This document shows positions 18,830 to 29,085 of a DNA stretch of 64,000 nucleotides, in pieces. A program made the position numbers and the translations under genes. The notes beneath the pieces are model-generated. The model had not been told where the DNA came from. It worked only from the letters and a program-made list of their open reading frames with translations, and searched no databases. This stretch comes from Patescibacteria group bacterium (GTDB taxonomy: Bacteria; Patescibacteriota; UBA1384; XYA2-FULL-43-10; 1-14-0-10-43-13): NCBI GenBank assembly GCA_041649155.1, contig JBAZNP010000001.1:3581-67580 (forward strand), given 5' to 3'. Numbering within the stretch: position 1 is the first letter of the stretch; each line of letters begins with the position of its first letter.

Positions 18830-19522
18830 ATGACCGAGATCAATATACTCACCCTGTTCCCATCGATGTTCCAAGGTCCTCTCTCTGAGAGTATTGTTAA
18901 GCGTGCTATCGATAAAAAAATAGTTAAAATTAACTATTTTAATTTAAGAGACTACGCAACAGATAAGCACAAAACAGTTGACGACACGCCATGTGGCGGT
19001 GGAGCAGGCATGGTTTTGAAAGTCGATGTTGTGGATCGCGCTCTAAAAGAAATCATCAAGGGGAAAAGAGAAGATTTTCATGTGGTATTAATGACGCCAC
19101 AAGGAAAAACTTTTAATCAAAAAATCGCTCAGGAACTGACTCAAAAGAAAAAAATGATATTAATTTGCGGTCACTACGAGGGTTTTGATGAAAGGATTAG
19201 AGAATATTTAGTAGATGAAGAAATTTCATTGGGAGATTTTGTCTTAACCGGAGGCGAAATCGCAGCCATGGCGATAACAGACGCGGTCGTCAGACTTTTG
19301 CCTGGAGCACTTGGAAAAGACGAATCCAGTCAGGAAGAATCCTTCAGTTTAAGCAATGGCAAATCGCAACTTTTAGAATATCCAATTTACACAAGGCCTG
19401 TAGAGTACAAAAACTGGGAAGTTCCTAATGTTTTACTCTCCGGAGACCACAAGAAAATCAACGACTGGCGCTTGGAACAGGCATTAATAAGAACTAAGAA
19501 CAAACGACCCGATCTGCTGTAA
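18830..19522 (+). CDS. trmD: tRNA (guanine37-N1)-methyltransferase
   Basis: INILTLFPSMFQGPL N-terminus and the SPOUT knot region ILICGHYEGFDERI...GDFVLTGGEIAAMAI. Confidence 0.9.
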   Translation: MTEINILTLFPSMFQGPLSESIVKRAIDKKIVKINYFNLRDYATDKHKTVDDTPCGGGAGMVLKVDVVDRALKEIIKGKREDFHVVLMTPQGKTFNQKIAQELTQKKKMILICGHYEGFDERIREYLVDEEISLGDFVLTGGEIAAMAITDAVVRLLPGALGKDESSQEESFSLSNGKSQLLEYPIYTRPVEYKNWEVPNVLLSGDHKKINDWRLEQALIRTKNKRPDLL

Positions 19523-19544
19523 TAAAGGGTATTATACCCCAGAG

Positions 19545-19612
19545 CAAGCCCTGGACCCTGTCCCGATAAATCGGGACAAATTGCGCGGCAAGCCGCGCGG
19601 TATTTCACCTTT
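19545..19612. terminator. Cluster of three GC-rich hairpins followed by a T-run, between convergent trmD and the cohesin gene
   Basis: ccagagcaagccctgg, gtcccgataaatcgggac, gcgcggcaagccgcgc, then ttttttacg. Confidence 0.45.
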
Positions 19613-19652
19613 TTTACGCACTGAATTATTTACTATTCGTATCTTGTAATAG

Positions 19653-21284
19653 TTAACTCGCCTGACCTTGATTCGAGTTTGGCAAATTCTGGTCGTTAGG
19701 AATAGAATTTTGATCTACAGGATTATTAGCGACTGCAATATCTACTTCTGCAGGAATAGAAGTGTTGTTAGTATTTTGCGTAGAAATATAGGTCTGAATA
19801 AGCTGATTATCATTATGATCAGTTTTGACATTTTGGCTGTCCTGTTTATTTTCCACAGCGGCCTGCTCGGGCATGTTGCTTTGAGTCTCCTCTGAAATAG
19901 CTTGACTTGAGTCAGCTTGGGGGATTGTTTTAGCATTTTCATTTGCAATAACGTCTTTATTTATCCCTCCAAAACCATGCTCAATAGTCCCTTGCCCTGA
20001 CACAGTGCTGTTTTGAACCACCAGTTCCGGAGCTGGTATCGAAGGCTCAGCTTGAACAGGAGTATCTACTAAGCCTTGATCTTGAATAACTTGATTTGGT
20101 TGAGGTTGAACCGATATTTCCTGTGCTATATTCATCGATTGGTCACTTTGAGAAATCTCATCCATCGGATTAACAGTAACAGCAGCAGGCTCTGAAAAAC
20201 TCGTCATACTTCTTAGCATTGCTGCATGTTCTTTTCTCCTCTTAACAAAAAGCGCTATAAATACTACCATTCCGATAAAAATAAGCGCCGAACCTCCATA
20301 AATAGCATATGTTAAATATTTATTCTCTTTTTCAGGAGTCGCCTCCGTTGTAACAGGCACAGCTTTTATTTCCGGAAGAGTTTTTCCGAAAGCAACTCTC
20401 GTGCTATCCAAAACGAAATCAGCCGCTACATCCGTACTTTTTACGCCGTCTTTTTCGGTATTAATAACGATCTGATGAGCACCGTCTTCAATCTTTTGAT
20501 CTAACGTATAAGACCAATTACCAGATTCATCAGACTGGACCGAAGCAGCAATCGGATCACTGTTGATCGTAACATTCACTTTAACCGATGGATCGGCCGT
20601 TCCCATAAAAACAAGTTTCCACTCATCACTATTTTTAATTGAAATTTCGGGATTTTCAGGATCAACAGTGGAGTTAAGAAAAGAAACATTTTTAATTACG
20701 GGTAAATTTAGCACAGTTGGCGTGGTTGATGCGGCCGGCGTAGTTGTTGTTTTTGCTGAAGATGTTGTCTTTTTAGACACTGATGTTGAAGTTGTGTTAG
20801 CTGTTATACTGGCCACAGATGAGGACCCCGACACAGCAATATTTGCCCCATCGCCATCATATGCAGCCAAATCGGTTAACGACAAAGTTGCTTCTCCCTG
20901 AGCTTTAGTTTTAAATGGTATGGTTAGCAAAGTGGCATCCTCCGTAGAACAACCAGTTGCGCCAAGTTGATAATGAATCCTACTCGCAGAATTTTCTGCA
21001 GCAGTTGACATAGTATAAACCGAGCCTAAAGAAGGTGTGGAAGTGACTTCCAGAAGATCAGAAGGATATGTCAATGTAAATTCAACTGCACAAATCCTGT
21101 TTCCTCCGGATGATAAACCAATACTAGAATTAAATGTCGCTCCAACCTTGTAGCTTCCACCACCAGAAACACCCATGGAGACACCATCCGCTTTAACTAA
21201 ATCCGCGCTCAAAAATAACAAAGTGAATACTGCAATAAAATATAATATTTTTCTCATTTCTTTCCTCTTTTTATTCATTTTCAT
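19653..21284 (-). CDS. Type I membrane surface protein with an N-terminal cohesin-like domain, a Ser/Thr linker, one TM and a Q/N-rich cytoplasmic tail
   Basis: Signal peptide MKMNKKRKEMRKILYFIAVFTLLFLSADLVKA. VEFTLTYPSDLLEV fits the cohesin F-x-L-x-Y-D-x-x-L-E-V pattern. TM segment YAIYGGSALIFIGMVVFIALFV. Confidence 0.55.
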   Translation of the reverse strand: MKMNKKRKEMRKILYFIAVFTLLFLSADLVKADGVSMGVSGGGSYKVGATFNSSIGLSSGGNRICAVEFTLTYPSDLLEVTSTPSLGSVYTMSTAAENSASRIHYQLGATGCSTEDATLLTIPFKTKAQGEATLSLTDLAAYDGDGANIAVSGSSSVASITANTTSTSVSKKTTSSAKTTTTPAASTTPTVLNLPVIKNVSFLNSTVDPENPEISIKNSDEWKLVFMGTADPSVKVNVTINSDPIAASVQSDESGNWSYTLDQKIEDGAHQIVINTEKDGVKSTDVAADFVLDSTRVAFGKTLPEIKAVPVTTEATPEKENKYLTYAIYGGSALIFIGMVVFIALFVKRRKEHAAMLRSMTSFSEPAAVTVNPMDEISQSDQSMNIAQEISVQPQPNQVIQDQGLVDTPVQAEPSIPAPELVVQNSTVSGQGTIEHGFGGINKDVIANENAKTIPQADSSQAISEETQSNMPEQAAVENKQDSQNVKTDHNDNQLIQTYISTQNTNNTSIPAEVDIAVANNPVDQNSIPNDQNLPNSNQGQAS

Positions 21285-21320
21285 CTTATTTGTTAACTAG
21301 TCGCTTATTTATATTTTACT

Positions 21321-24300
21321 CTATTTCCCCCAATAACTCATCATTATAGAAAAGTCAGATATATTGACCTTATTGTCTTCGTTGAAATCTGCTGTATTGG
21401 CAATTTCAGTTTTGTTCCAATTAGACATCAGGTTTGAAAAATCCTTAATGTTCACCGCGCTGTCGTTATTAGAATCACCGGATTTACGTCTTATTAAAGA
21501 TATTAACAGGGGCTCTGATTGGTTTCTATTACTATCTTCAGCAATGACAGTTAGGGTGGTTGTTCCGATTGGAAGATCTACTTCTTTTGTCCACGTAGTT
21601 ATATCCGCAGGTACATCTACTTCTGAACCATTTATGATTAATCTAGTTACATTTGTTGATTTAGTACCGGTTACAGAATATTTAGCTTTGTAAGTAAAGC
21701 TTCGAGCAAGATTGGTGGTTGGAGAATTTAAAGTCATTCCTTCTGTTAGAGATGTCATTCCTTCAAACATTTTCTTTTCAAACTTATTAGCAGCTATCTG
21801 CAAAGCACTAAGATTAGATTCACTACTAAGATCGACTCCCCACCAACCAGTACTGGCAAATGCAGAAGTGGTACTTTCGGTTGGACTGGTTAATTCATAA
21901 AAATGAATATCCCCCAACCAAAGATAATCACTATCTGTTCCACTATATATTGTTATCGCAAATTCGATCTGGGTTGCATCAGACGGAGTAGTAAATTCAC
22001 AATAGCCAGAATTAAACTGAGAAAATTTTTCCCAATTAGATATAGCATAGCCAAACTGGTTTCCAGGACCGCCGGAAATATAAGTTCCGTCCGCATTATA
22101 ATAGCTAGTAGATAAATTAAAACTTTCTATCGTCGGGCTTTTTGTAACAAATGTGTACCAATATTTAGTATTTGGTTTCACGGTAATTTTTTTAGAAACT
22201 ACGGTCCGTAAATATTGAGTTTGGTCTTTTTTCGCGAATGAGATTTTCATTGTATTATGACCATTGTATTGATTAACGCTATCGGTAGTGAAGTTCACTG
22301 ATCCATGCCAATTATCGCTTAAAGAATTTTGAAATGTTCCATCCGGAAAAATATCGGAGCCAATATTAACATCTGATTTTGTATCAAGTATTGCGTCAGA
22401 TAATCCGGTAATCCAATCGGCAGAAGTAGATTTTGTCCAATCAACTCCCCATTCGCCAAAAACAACTGGTTTTTGCATTAAAGTAGCGTAATGACTGCGT
22501 AATTTAAGCTGTTTTATTGCTCCAGCGACATCGATTGGACCGCCAACAGGACCGTACTTATCAATCCAATCCGCAGCTTCAGCGTCTGTTAAGCCTCCTC
22601 GTTTATTGGAATCAGTCGGATCAAATTGGCCATAATATCCATGGTTAAACACGAAACCGCTTGACTCCGGATATCCGTGCCATGTCAGTAAATCAATACT
22701 TTCCGAAATTCCCGACAACACAAAATCATGATTATTATTTGCGTTGAACCCAGCTTCATAATTATGCGTGAACCAAACACTTCCATCATCGCCAGATGAT
22801 AACATGTGATTCGGATCAATACTTTTTTCATATTTGCTTATTTTATTGATCCATGATCGCAGTCTGCCACCAGAACCGGTATCAAAAGGTTCGTTAACAA
22901 GTTCCCAAGCGAAAATCGCCGGATCATCTTTGTAAACTTTACCAGTCACTGTATTTGTACGATTAAGAAATTTATTAATAATTTGATCGGTCATATTTTC
23001 TGAACAAGCATCATTAAAGAAACTACTGTTCCAAGTTGTAGCACAATTTCTCGCAATTTCTCTTGTGCCGCCAGTATTGTTGTCATGCTGATCAAGAAAA
23101 GTGAACATTATCCTAACATTATATTTTTGAGCCAAAGCCATGACTTTATCGGCAGCAACAAGGGCATCCTCATTCCAATTGCCAAAACCAGTCATATAAG
23201 CGCTACTTTCACCAGTTGGCCATTGAGTTCTAGGGTTATCTTTAGTTTCGTTTGTTGTTGGCAAAACACCGGCAGCGGCTGTGCTATTTGAAGTAGGTAT
23301 TGCAGGAGAAGTTGCTGCCACACCTTCATCAACATAAGAAACAACACCATTAACACTGCGAATCATTGCAATAAATTTTTCGCTTCCTTCCAGATCTGAT
23401 GATTTACGACGATATATGGCCGCCCAAGGAGAATTTTGAGTTGGAACAGTCACCTTAACTGCTTCACTGCCTGAGACTGTTACTTGAGCAGTTGGACTTG
23501 CTAATGTGAGAAATGTTCCGTTATTTCCTGCCACAAATTTTTCACCGTTTTCTTTGCCGTTGACTGGTTTGCGTTGTTCTTTAAAGGCATATCGATAAAT
23601 ATAATCTCCTGCTTCTAAGGTCGTTGTGGCACCAGTATTTCTTGCTTGGGTTTCTAATGTTGGCGCTTCTGTTGGATCAGCCCAAATTCCCGATGGTCGA
23701 TAGGAACCGTCATCAATGAAGGTCGCATCTTGTCCGGCCGGAGCTTCAGCAAAACCAAGATAGGTTTCGCTATCTACTGCATCAGTTGTATTGCGTCGAT
23801 AAACTAGATATCGGTAAGATTGCGCACAAGCCTTAAGCGTCAAGCTAACCTTCTGGCTGTCAGAAACAGTTACAGCACCAGTTGCAGGACTCGCTAATGT
23901 CTCGGCATAATCATAAGCAAAAGTAGTTTTGCTTAAATTCGCACATGTATAACGATAAACATAACTTCCAGCAGAAAGAGTACCACCGTCAGAAATTGCA
24001 GCTGTAGGCGCAGCTGTAGGATCGGGTAGTTTCATATCGTCAAGCATATAATTAATGACTCTAATCATTTTGATACCGGCTTTTTCGTCATTAGCAAAAC
24101 CTTCTTCCACTTGATCAGGATTGCCCATCATTTCAACAATTGCCCCAAAATTATTTGCTCCATTACCATAATATGGATGATCATTTTCTATGATTTGGGT
24201 ACCTTCGGATTTTAATATTGATTTAGAGTCATCGCCATACTCAATTTTGAATTTATTAGCAGCAGAAACTAAATTATCTGTTTTATCTGATACTGAAATT

Positions 24301-24647
24301 GTATGAACACCATTATTTAGGGCATCTGGTTTATAATAAAAATGACCGGCAGAATCTACCGTGACACTAGTCAATGTAGTTCCATCATACGAAATATCCA
24401 AAGAAGCATTTGGCGTAGCAGTCCCTTGTATTAAAGGATTATTTACATAAGTAAATCTTGAATTATTTGTTGGGGATAAAATTGTTGGCTGTATAATTGC
24501 ATTCTCATCTGCTTTAAAGAAAAATTTATACTTAAAAACGACGGCAAACAAGCCAGCAAACAAAAATACGCATATTAAAATAATAAGACGCACTTTTGTT
24601 TGATTGCCTAATTTATACATTAAATCACCCTCCTGGGGTTCGAACAC
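21321..24647 (-). CDS. Membrane-anchored GH5-family glycoside hydrolase with a C-terminal dockerin domain
   Basis: IFAWELVNEPFDTG is the GH5 NEP catalytic acid/base motif. The C-terminus GDSNNDSAVNIKDFSNLMSNW...ADFNEDNKVNISDFSIMMSYWG is a duplicated dockerin Ca-binding segment. N-terminal TM anchor. Confidence 0.7.
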   Translation of the reverse strand: MFEPQEGDLMYKLGNQTKVRLIILICVFLFAGLFAVVFKYKFFFKADENAIIQPTILSPTNNSRFTYVNNPLIQGTATPNASLDISYDGTTLTSVTVDSAGHFYYKPDALNNGVHTISVSDKTDNLVSAANKFKIEYGDDSKSILKSEGTQIIENDHPYYGNGANNFGAIVEMMGNPDQVEEGFANDEKAGIKMIRVINYMLDDMKLPDPTAAPTAAISDGGTLSAGSYVYRYTCANLSKTTFAYDYAETLASPATGAVTVSDSQKVSLTLKACAQSYRYLVYRRNTTDAVDSETYLGFAEAPAGQDATFIDDGSYRPSGIWADPTEAPTLETQARNTGATTTLEAGDYIYRYAFKEQRKPVNGKENGEKFVAGNNGTFLTLASPTAQVTVSGSEAVKVTVPTQNSPWAAIYRRKSSDLEGSEKFIAMIRSVNGVVSYVDEGVAATSPAIPTSNSTAAAGVLPTTNETKDNPRTQWPTGESSAYMTGFGNWNEDALVAADKVMALAQKYNVRIMFTFLDQHDNNTGGTREIARNCATTWNSSFFNDACSENMTDQIINKFLNRTNTVTGKVYKDDPAIFAWELVNEPFDTGSGGRLRSWINKISKYEKSIDPNHMLSSGDDGSVWFTHNYEAGFNANNNHDFVLSGISESIDLLTWHGYPESSGFVFNHGYYGQFDPTDSNKRGGLTDAEAADWIDKYGPVGGPIDVAGAIKQLKLRSHYATLMQKPVVFGEWGVDWTKSTSADWITGLSDAILDTKSDVNIGSDIFPDGTFQNSLSDNWHGSVNFTTDSVNQYNGHNTMKISFAKKDQTQYLRTVVSKKITVKPNTKYWYTFVTKSPTIESFNLSTSYYNADGTYISGGPGNQFGYAISNWEKFSQFNSGYCEFTTPSDATQIEFAITIYSGTDSDYLWLGDIHFYELTSPTESTTSAFASTGWWGVDLSSESNLSALQIAANKFEKKMFEGMTSLTEGMTLNSPTTNLARSFTYKAKYSVTGTKSTNVTRLIINGSEVDVPADITTWTKEVDLPIGTTTLTVIAEDSNRNQSEPLLISLIRRKSGDSNNDSAVNIKDFSNLMSNWNKTEIANTADFNEDNKVNISDFSIMMSYWGK

Positions 24648-24652
24648 AAATA

Positions 24653-24688
24653 TGTTTTATATATTAAGAAATTGTGAGCCCTTGTCAA
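24653..24688 (-). promoter_or_regulatory. Promoter of the GH5 gene (TTGACA, 17 nt, AATATA)
   Basis: Minus strand reads ttgacaagggctcacaatttcttaatata, followed by a ggaggg RBS before the ATG. Confidence 0.4.
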
Positions 24689-24779
24689 ATTTCTTAATAA
24701 AAGATACTTATATCTTGACATATTACCTTCTTCCTTGCAATAAATTCAGGCAAAATAGCACAAAAAAAATCGCGATGAT

Positions 24780-25580
24780 GCGATTAAAGTAATTGGGTGC
24801 TTCCGGCCGAGGAATTTGTGGCCGGAAGCAGAGCTCTATATTAAGTCGCAAGGTGCAACTTGTTTATATTGGTTTGAGGCTATGCTTGGCAGCATCCTCC
24901 GCCACGCTTCACTCGCCCAAAGGTATGGATTCGATCCAGGGCCTCCTCGACCCTTTGTCTGAAATTGATCTCAGTCTTCCGATCACGCGTGATGATGCAA
25001 ACAACAGGAGCCATGCTCTCCACTTTATTAAGGATTGAGGTATGGCTTAAGCTTCTCTTGAGTCTAGTGGATTTTCCGCTAGACTTTTCAGATCTTCTTC
25101 TTGGCATCCCATTACCGCTACGCATTGGTCCATAAACCTCCTTGTCTATGTTTTTTCTTCATCCTAAGCTTCGGAGTTTTCTTCTGCTTGTCCAAAGATG
25201 ACCTAAACCATCTTCCTCTGTGTTGAGATGTGTCTGATCTGACATTACTACTCATAATGTCATCTCCTGACAAATCGTTTCCTGCCCTGTTAGAACAGGG
25301 TTGAACAAGCAGTCAGAACTCTTAGGATCAATGTAGCGTGCAGACACACCAGTGTCCAATGGGTGGCTTTGTGATGCTTCACAGAAACTCAAGCTCACTG
25401 AGCTAATAGCGTTAACCCTACGAACGCACCTTTCTTCTCTTGCTGCGGCCATAGCTGGCCGCAATCGTTGTACTTCTCTCCCCATAACCTTCCCTCCATG
25501 TCATCCATGATTTGTTGTACTTGCAAGAGCAGAATTAGCCAAATTTCTCGTTTTTATCACCTCTCTTCTGTAGTAGACAT
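24780..25580. ncRNA. GC-rich island without a long ORF; candidate structured ncRNA of unknown class (strand undetermined)
   Basis: Roughly 50% GC by eye inside an AT-rich locus. It holds only overlapping 77-81 codon ORFs on both strands and has many hairpins (cttccggcc/ggccggaag, ccctgt/acaggg, gcggcca/tggccgc). Confidence 0.25.
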
Positions 25581-25683
25581 TACGAGCTCTCATGGCTCAT
25601 TTTAATACCTCATTCTATGTCGAAGATAATACTACGTTTTAAGCTATTGCGCAAGTGGATAAATTGCTTTAAAATAGTAAGTT

Positions 25684-27750
25684 ATGCAAAAGGTACAATT
25701 TAAAATTCATTCGCGTTACTCTCCGACCGGCGACCAACCGGAAGCTATTTTAAAATTATCTGAAAATATTAAGAAAAAAGTTAAACATCAAACCCTCTGG
25801 GGAGTGACCGGAAGCGGCAAAACTTTTACTATTGCCAATGTTATAGAAAAAACTCAAAAGCCGACCCTTGTCATTGCCCATAATAAAACTCTGGCTGCTC
25901 AGCTTGCTGATGAATTCAGACAATTCTTTCCAGAAAATGCAGTTCATTATTTTGTTTCATATTATGACTATTACCAACCAGAAGCATATATTCCTCATTC
26001 CGACACTTATATCGAAAAAGATTCTTCTATAAATGATGAAATTGATCGCCTCCGACATGCCGCGACTCATGCTCTTCTAACTAGAAGCGATGTCATCATT
26101 GTAGCTTCGGTCTCTTGTATTTATGGTATAGGTTCGCCTGAATTTTACAGAGCGGAAAATTTTACATTCAAGGTCGGGGAGAAAATTGAAAGAGATTATT
26201 TTTTGCACCAGTTAAATAATCTGCAGTTCAACCGCAATGACATCGAATTAAAAAGAGGCACGTATCGCCTTCATGGAGATACTTTGGAAATTTTTCCCGC
26301 TTACGAGACAAACACTGTAAAGGTAGAATTTTTTGGAGATAGTGTTGAAAAAATTATTGAAACTGACTGGATAACCGGCAAACAGGTAAAACAGCTTGAA
26401 TCGTTTGAAGTATTTCCGGCGAAGCACTTTATTACACCAGAAAACTTACAAAAAGAAGCAATAAAAAACATCAAGAAAGATCTTGAAGTTAGGGTAAATA
26501 GCCTAAAAAAGGCAGACAAATTGCTTGAAACCCAAAGGATCGAGCAGAGAACAAACTTTGACTTGGAAATGATTGAACAAACTGGATCTTGCTCCGGCAT
26601 TGAAAATTATTCAAGATATTTTGACGGACGAAAGCCAGGCATTCCGCCGACAACCCTTATTGATTATTTCCCTGACGATTTTTTAATGGTGATTGATGAA
26701 TCACACATAACTGTTCCACAAATCGGCGCCATGTATGCAGGAGACCGGTCAAGAAAAGAAAAACTTGTTGATTACGGTTTCAGACTTCCATCCGCTTTTG
26801 ACAATAGGCCATTTAGATTTGATGAATTTTACCACAAAATAAATCAGGTAATTTTCACGTCAGCAACCCCAAATGATTTTGAGTTAAGAAAAAGCTCTAG
26901 TGAGAATGTCATTTCGACCCATCCCGAGCCCACCGCTGGGTGGATCGAGGGAGGCGAGAAATCCCATCGCAATGCCGATAAACCTCAACCATATGATGGA
27001 GTTGTGAAACAATTCATAAGACCAACAGGCCTTCTTGATCCAAAGATTGAAATTAAAAAAACCAAAGGTCAAATAAATGATTTGATTGAAGAAATTAATA
27101 AAAAAGTAGTCAAAAATCAAAGGGTGCTAGTTACAACTCTCACTAAAAAAATGGCTGAAGCCCTGACAGATCATTTATTAGATCACAAAATTAAAGTGGC
27201 CTATATTCACTCTGACGTCGAGACGCTTGAACGTACTGAAATTTTGCACTCTTTGCGCTTGGGCGAATATGACGTTTTAATCGGAATCAATCTGCTTCGA
27301 GAAGGTCTTGATTTGCCAGAAGTTTCACTTGTTGCCATACTAGATGCTGATAAAGAAGGCTTTTTGCGAAGCAGAACCTCCCTGATCCAAACCATCGGTC
27401 GGGCAGCACGACATGTTGAAGGCAGAGTCATTATGTATGCCGATGTCATGACAGAATCGATGAAAATTGCAATTAACGAAACAAATATCAGAAGAGAAAT
27501 GCAAGAAAAATATAATAAAGATCACAACATCACGCCCAAAAGCACAGTGAGAAAACTTGAGCCCAAAGAAATTAAGGAAGAAAAAGAACAGCTTGAGATT
27601 GATCTGTCATTTAAAAAACTTCCAAAATCAGAAAAGAAAAGTGTTATTTCTGAGTTAAATATTCAGATGAAAAAAGCAGCGCAGCAGTTAGAGTTTGAAC
27701 ATGCTGCCCGCCTAAGAGATCAGATCACAAAACTTGAGAGTATGATATAA
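25684..27750 (+). CDS. uvrB: Excinuclease ABC subunit B
   Basis: [15 protein letters not shown] Walker A, helicase motifs and a UvrB/UvrC interaction C-terminus. It carries a ~25 aa insertion from a palindromic element. Confidence 0.9.
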   Translation: MQKVQFKIHSRYSPTGDQPEAILKLSENIKKKVKHQTLWGVTGSGKTFTIANVIEKTQKPTLVIAHNKTLAAQLADEFRQFFPENAVHYFVSYYDYYQPEAYIPHSDTYIEKDSSINDEIDRLRHAATHALLTRSDVIIVASVSCIYGIGSPEFYRAENFTFKVGEKIERDYFLHQLNNLQFNRNDIELKRGTYRLHGDTLEIFPAYETNTVKVEFFGDSVEKIIETDWITGKQVKQLESFEVFPAKHFITPENLQKEAIKNIKKDLEVRVNSLKKADKLLETQRIEQRTNFDLEMIEQTGSCSGIENYSRYFDGRKPGIPPTTLIDYFPDDFLMVIDESHITVPQIGAMYAGDRSRKEKLVDYGFRLPSAFDNRPFRFDEFYHKINQVIFTSATPNDFELRKSSSENVISTHPEPTAGWIEGGEKSHRNADKPQPYDGVVKQFIRPTGLLDPKIEIKKTKGQINDLIEEINKKVVKNQRVLVTTLTKKMAEALTDHLLDHKIKVAYIHSDVETLERTEILHSLRLGEYDVLIGINLLREGLDLPEVSLVAILDADKEGFLRSRTSLIQTIGRAARHVEGRVIMYADVMTESMKIAINETNIRREMQEKYNKDHNITPKSTVRKLEPKEIKEEKEQLEIDLSFKKLPKSEKKSVISELNIQMKKAAQQLEFEHAARLRDQITKLESMI
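26908..26968 (+). repeat. In-frame palindromic element, family C, inside uvrB
   Basis: gtcatttcgacccatcccgagcccaccgctgggtggatcgagggaggcgagaaatcccatc encodes [21 protein letters not shown] second copy at 29706-29767 differs only by 5 transitions. Confidence 0.8.
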
Positions 27751-27902
27751 TCAGTCAGAATCAAGAAGTTTGAATAAAGAATTATGGGCCCGTCTAGTTA
27801 AGTTTCAAATCAAAAATATCCATGATTCATAATTCATGATTCAAGATTCTAATTTAGATAATTGATTTTTATGCCGTTTTAGTGTAAAGTAATGAGGTAA
27901 TT

Positions 27903-28217
27903 ATGAACCATTTAGAATTGTATAATCTTTTAAAAACAGTTCAAAAAAACGTTCGTTGTCCGCAATGCGGTAAGGAATATGATTTTCCAAATATTAAAAT
28001 CAGAGGAATTGCAGAGTTTATTGTTTTCCTAGAGCTAAATTGCGGAAATCACATGCCCCTAATTGCAACTGTAGCGCTGACAAAGAAGATTGATAAGGAA
28101 GAAAAAATAAGACCATCAGGAAAGATAAGCTCCAACGATATAATCGAAACTTATAATTTCTTAAAGGACTTTTCCGGTGGATTTGATAAGATATTTCAAG
28201 ATAATAAACTAAAATAA
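27903..28217 (+). CDS. Hypothetical small zinc-ribbon protein
   Basis: CPQCGKEY ... LNCGNH cysteine pairs. No recognisable family. Confidence 0.3.
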   Translation: MNHLELYNLLKTVQKNVRCPQCGKEYDFPNIKIRGIAEFIVFLELNCGNHMPLIATVALTKKIDKEEKIRPSGKISSNDIIETYNFLKDFSGGFDKIFQDNKLK

Positions 28218-28227
28218 TGGAAAAAAG

Positions 28228-28905
28228 ATGACAGATTTCAAATTAGACGCAAAATTAAGACAAGATGCCCCCAACAAAACCAGAAATGAAGGTTTTGTAC
28301 CGGCAATTGTGTATGGAAAAGGTTTTGACAACATTCAAATTGCTTTGGAAAAAATTAGCTTCATGAAGCTTTTCAAAGAAGCTGGAACTTCAAACCTTAT
28401 TGATTTAGTAATCGATGGCGGTAAAAGCGTTAAAACTCTGATCAACGACATACAGCTTGATCCTATTAAGTCAGATATTATTCATGTTGATTTTTACAAA
28501 GTGAACATGAAAGAAAAAATTCACGCAGAAGTCCCATTGAAATTTGTTGGCGACTCTATTGCTGTCATCGACAAAGAAGGATCTTTAATCACCAGCAAAG
28601 ATTCAATTGAAGTTGAATGTTTGCCTGCTGATCTTATTCCTGAACTTGAAGTCGACATTTCTGTCTTGGATGACTTTGAGAAAAATATTAAGATTTCAGA
28701 TCTTAAGTTGCCAGAAGGAATTGAAATTCAAGATGATCCAGAAGAGATTATCGCTCACGTTGAAGAACCTAGAAGCGAACAGGAACTAGAAGAACTTGAA
28801 ACCGAAGTTGTTGAAGATGTTTCAGCTATTGAAGTTGAAAATAAGGGCGAAGAAACTCCTGCTGAGGGCGAAGGCGAAAAAGCAGAAGAAAAATCCGCTG
28901 AATAG
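28228..28905 (+). CDS. rplY: 50S ribosomal protein L25 / general stress protein Ctc, with an acidic tail
   Basis: N-terminal L25 fold sequence ...RNEGFVPAIVYGKG... and a beta-barrel C-domain. Confidence 0.8.
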   Translation: MTDFKLDAKLRQDAPNKTRNEGFVPAIVYGKGFDNIQIALEKISFMKLFKEAGTSNLIDLVIDGGKSVKTLINDIQLDPIKSDIIHVDFYKVNMKEKIHAEVPLKFVGDSIAVIDKEGSLITSKDSIEVECLPADLIPELEVDISVLDDFEKNIKISDLKLPEGIEIQDDPEEIIAHVEEPRSEQELEELETEVVEDVSAIEVENKGEETPAEGEGEKAEEKSAE

Positions 28906-29085
28906 TCCTGAGCAAAGTCGAAGGAAGTAAATTCATTTATATCAAGCGATATATAATTCAAAAATGCCCCAAAGGGGCGTTTTTGAAATCTGATCTGAAA
29001 ATTGATAAATTAATAATTAAATGAAAATTGTCCCAACGATAAATATCGGGATCCCGATCGAAGCATCGGGAAAAATTCTAATTAT

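Noticed and set aside
24780-25580. Assigning the GC-rich island to RNase P RNA, tmRNA or SRP RNA
   Set aside because: I found none of the near-universal motifs on either strand. These are GGAAAGUCCGG and ACAGAANCCGGCUUA for RNase P, and a GGUUCGANUCC T-loop plus acceptor CCA with an in-frame tag ORF for tmRNA. A ggattcgatcc and an acagaaactcaagctca segment are only partial look-alikes.
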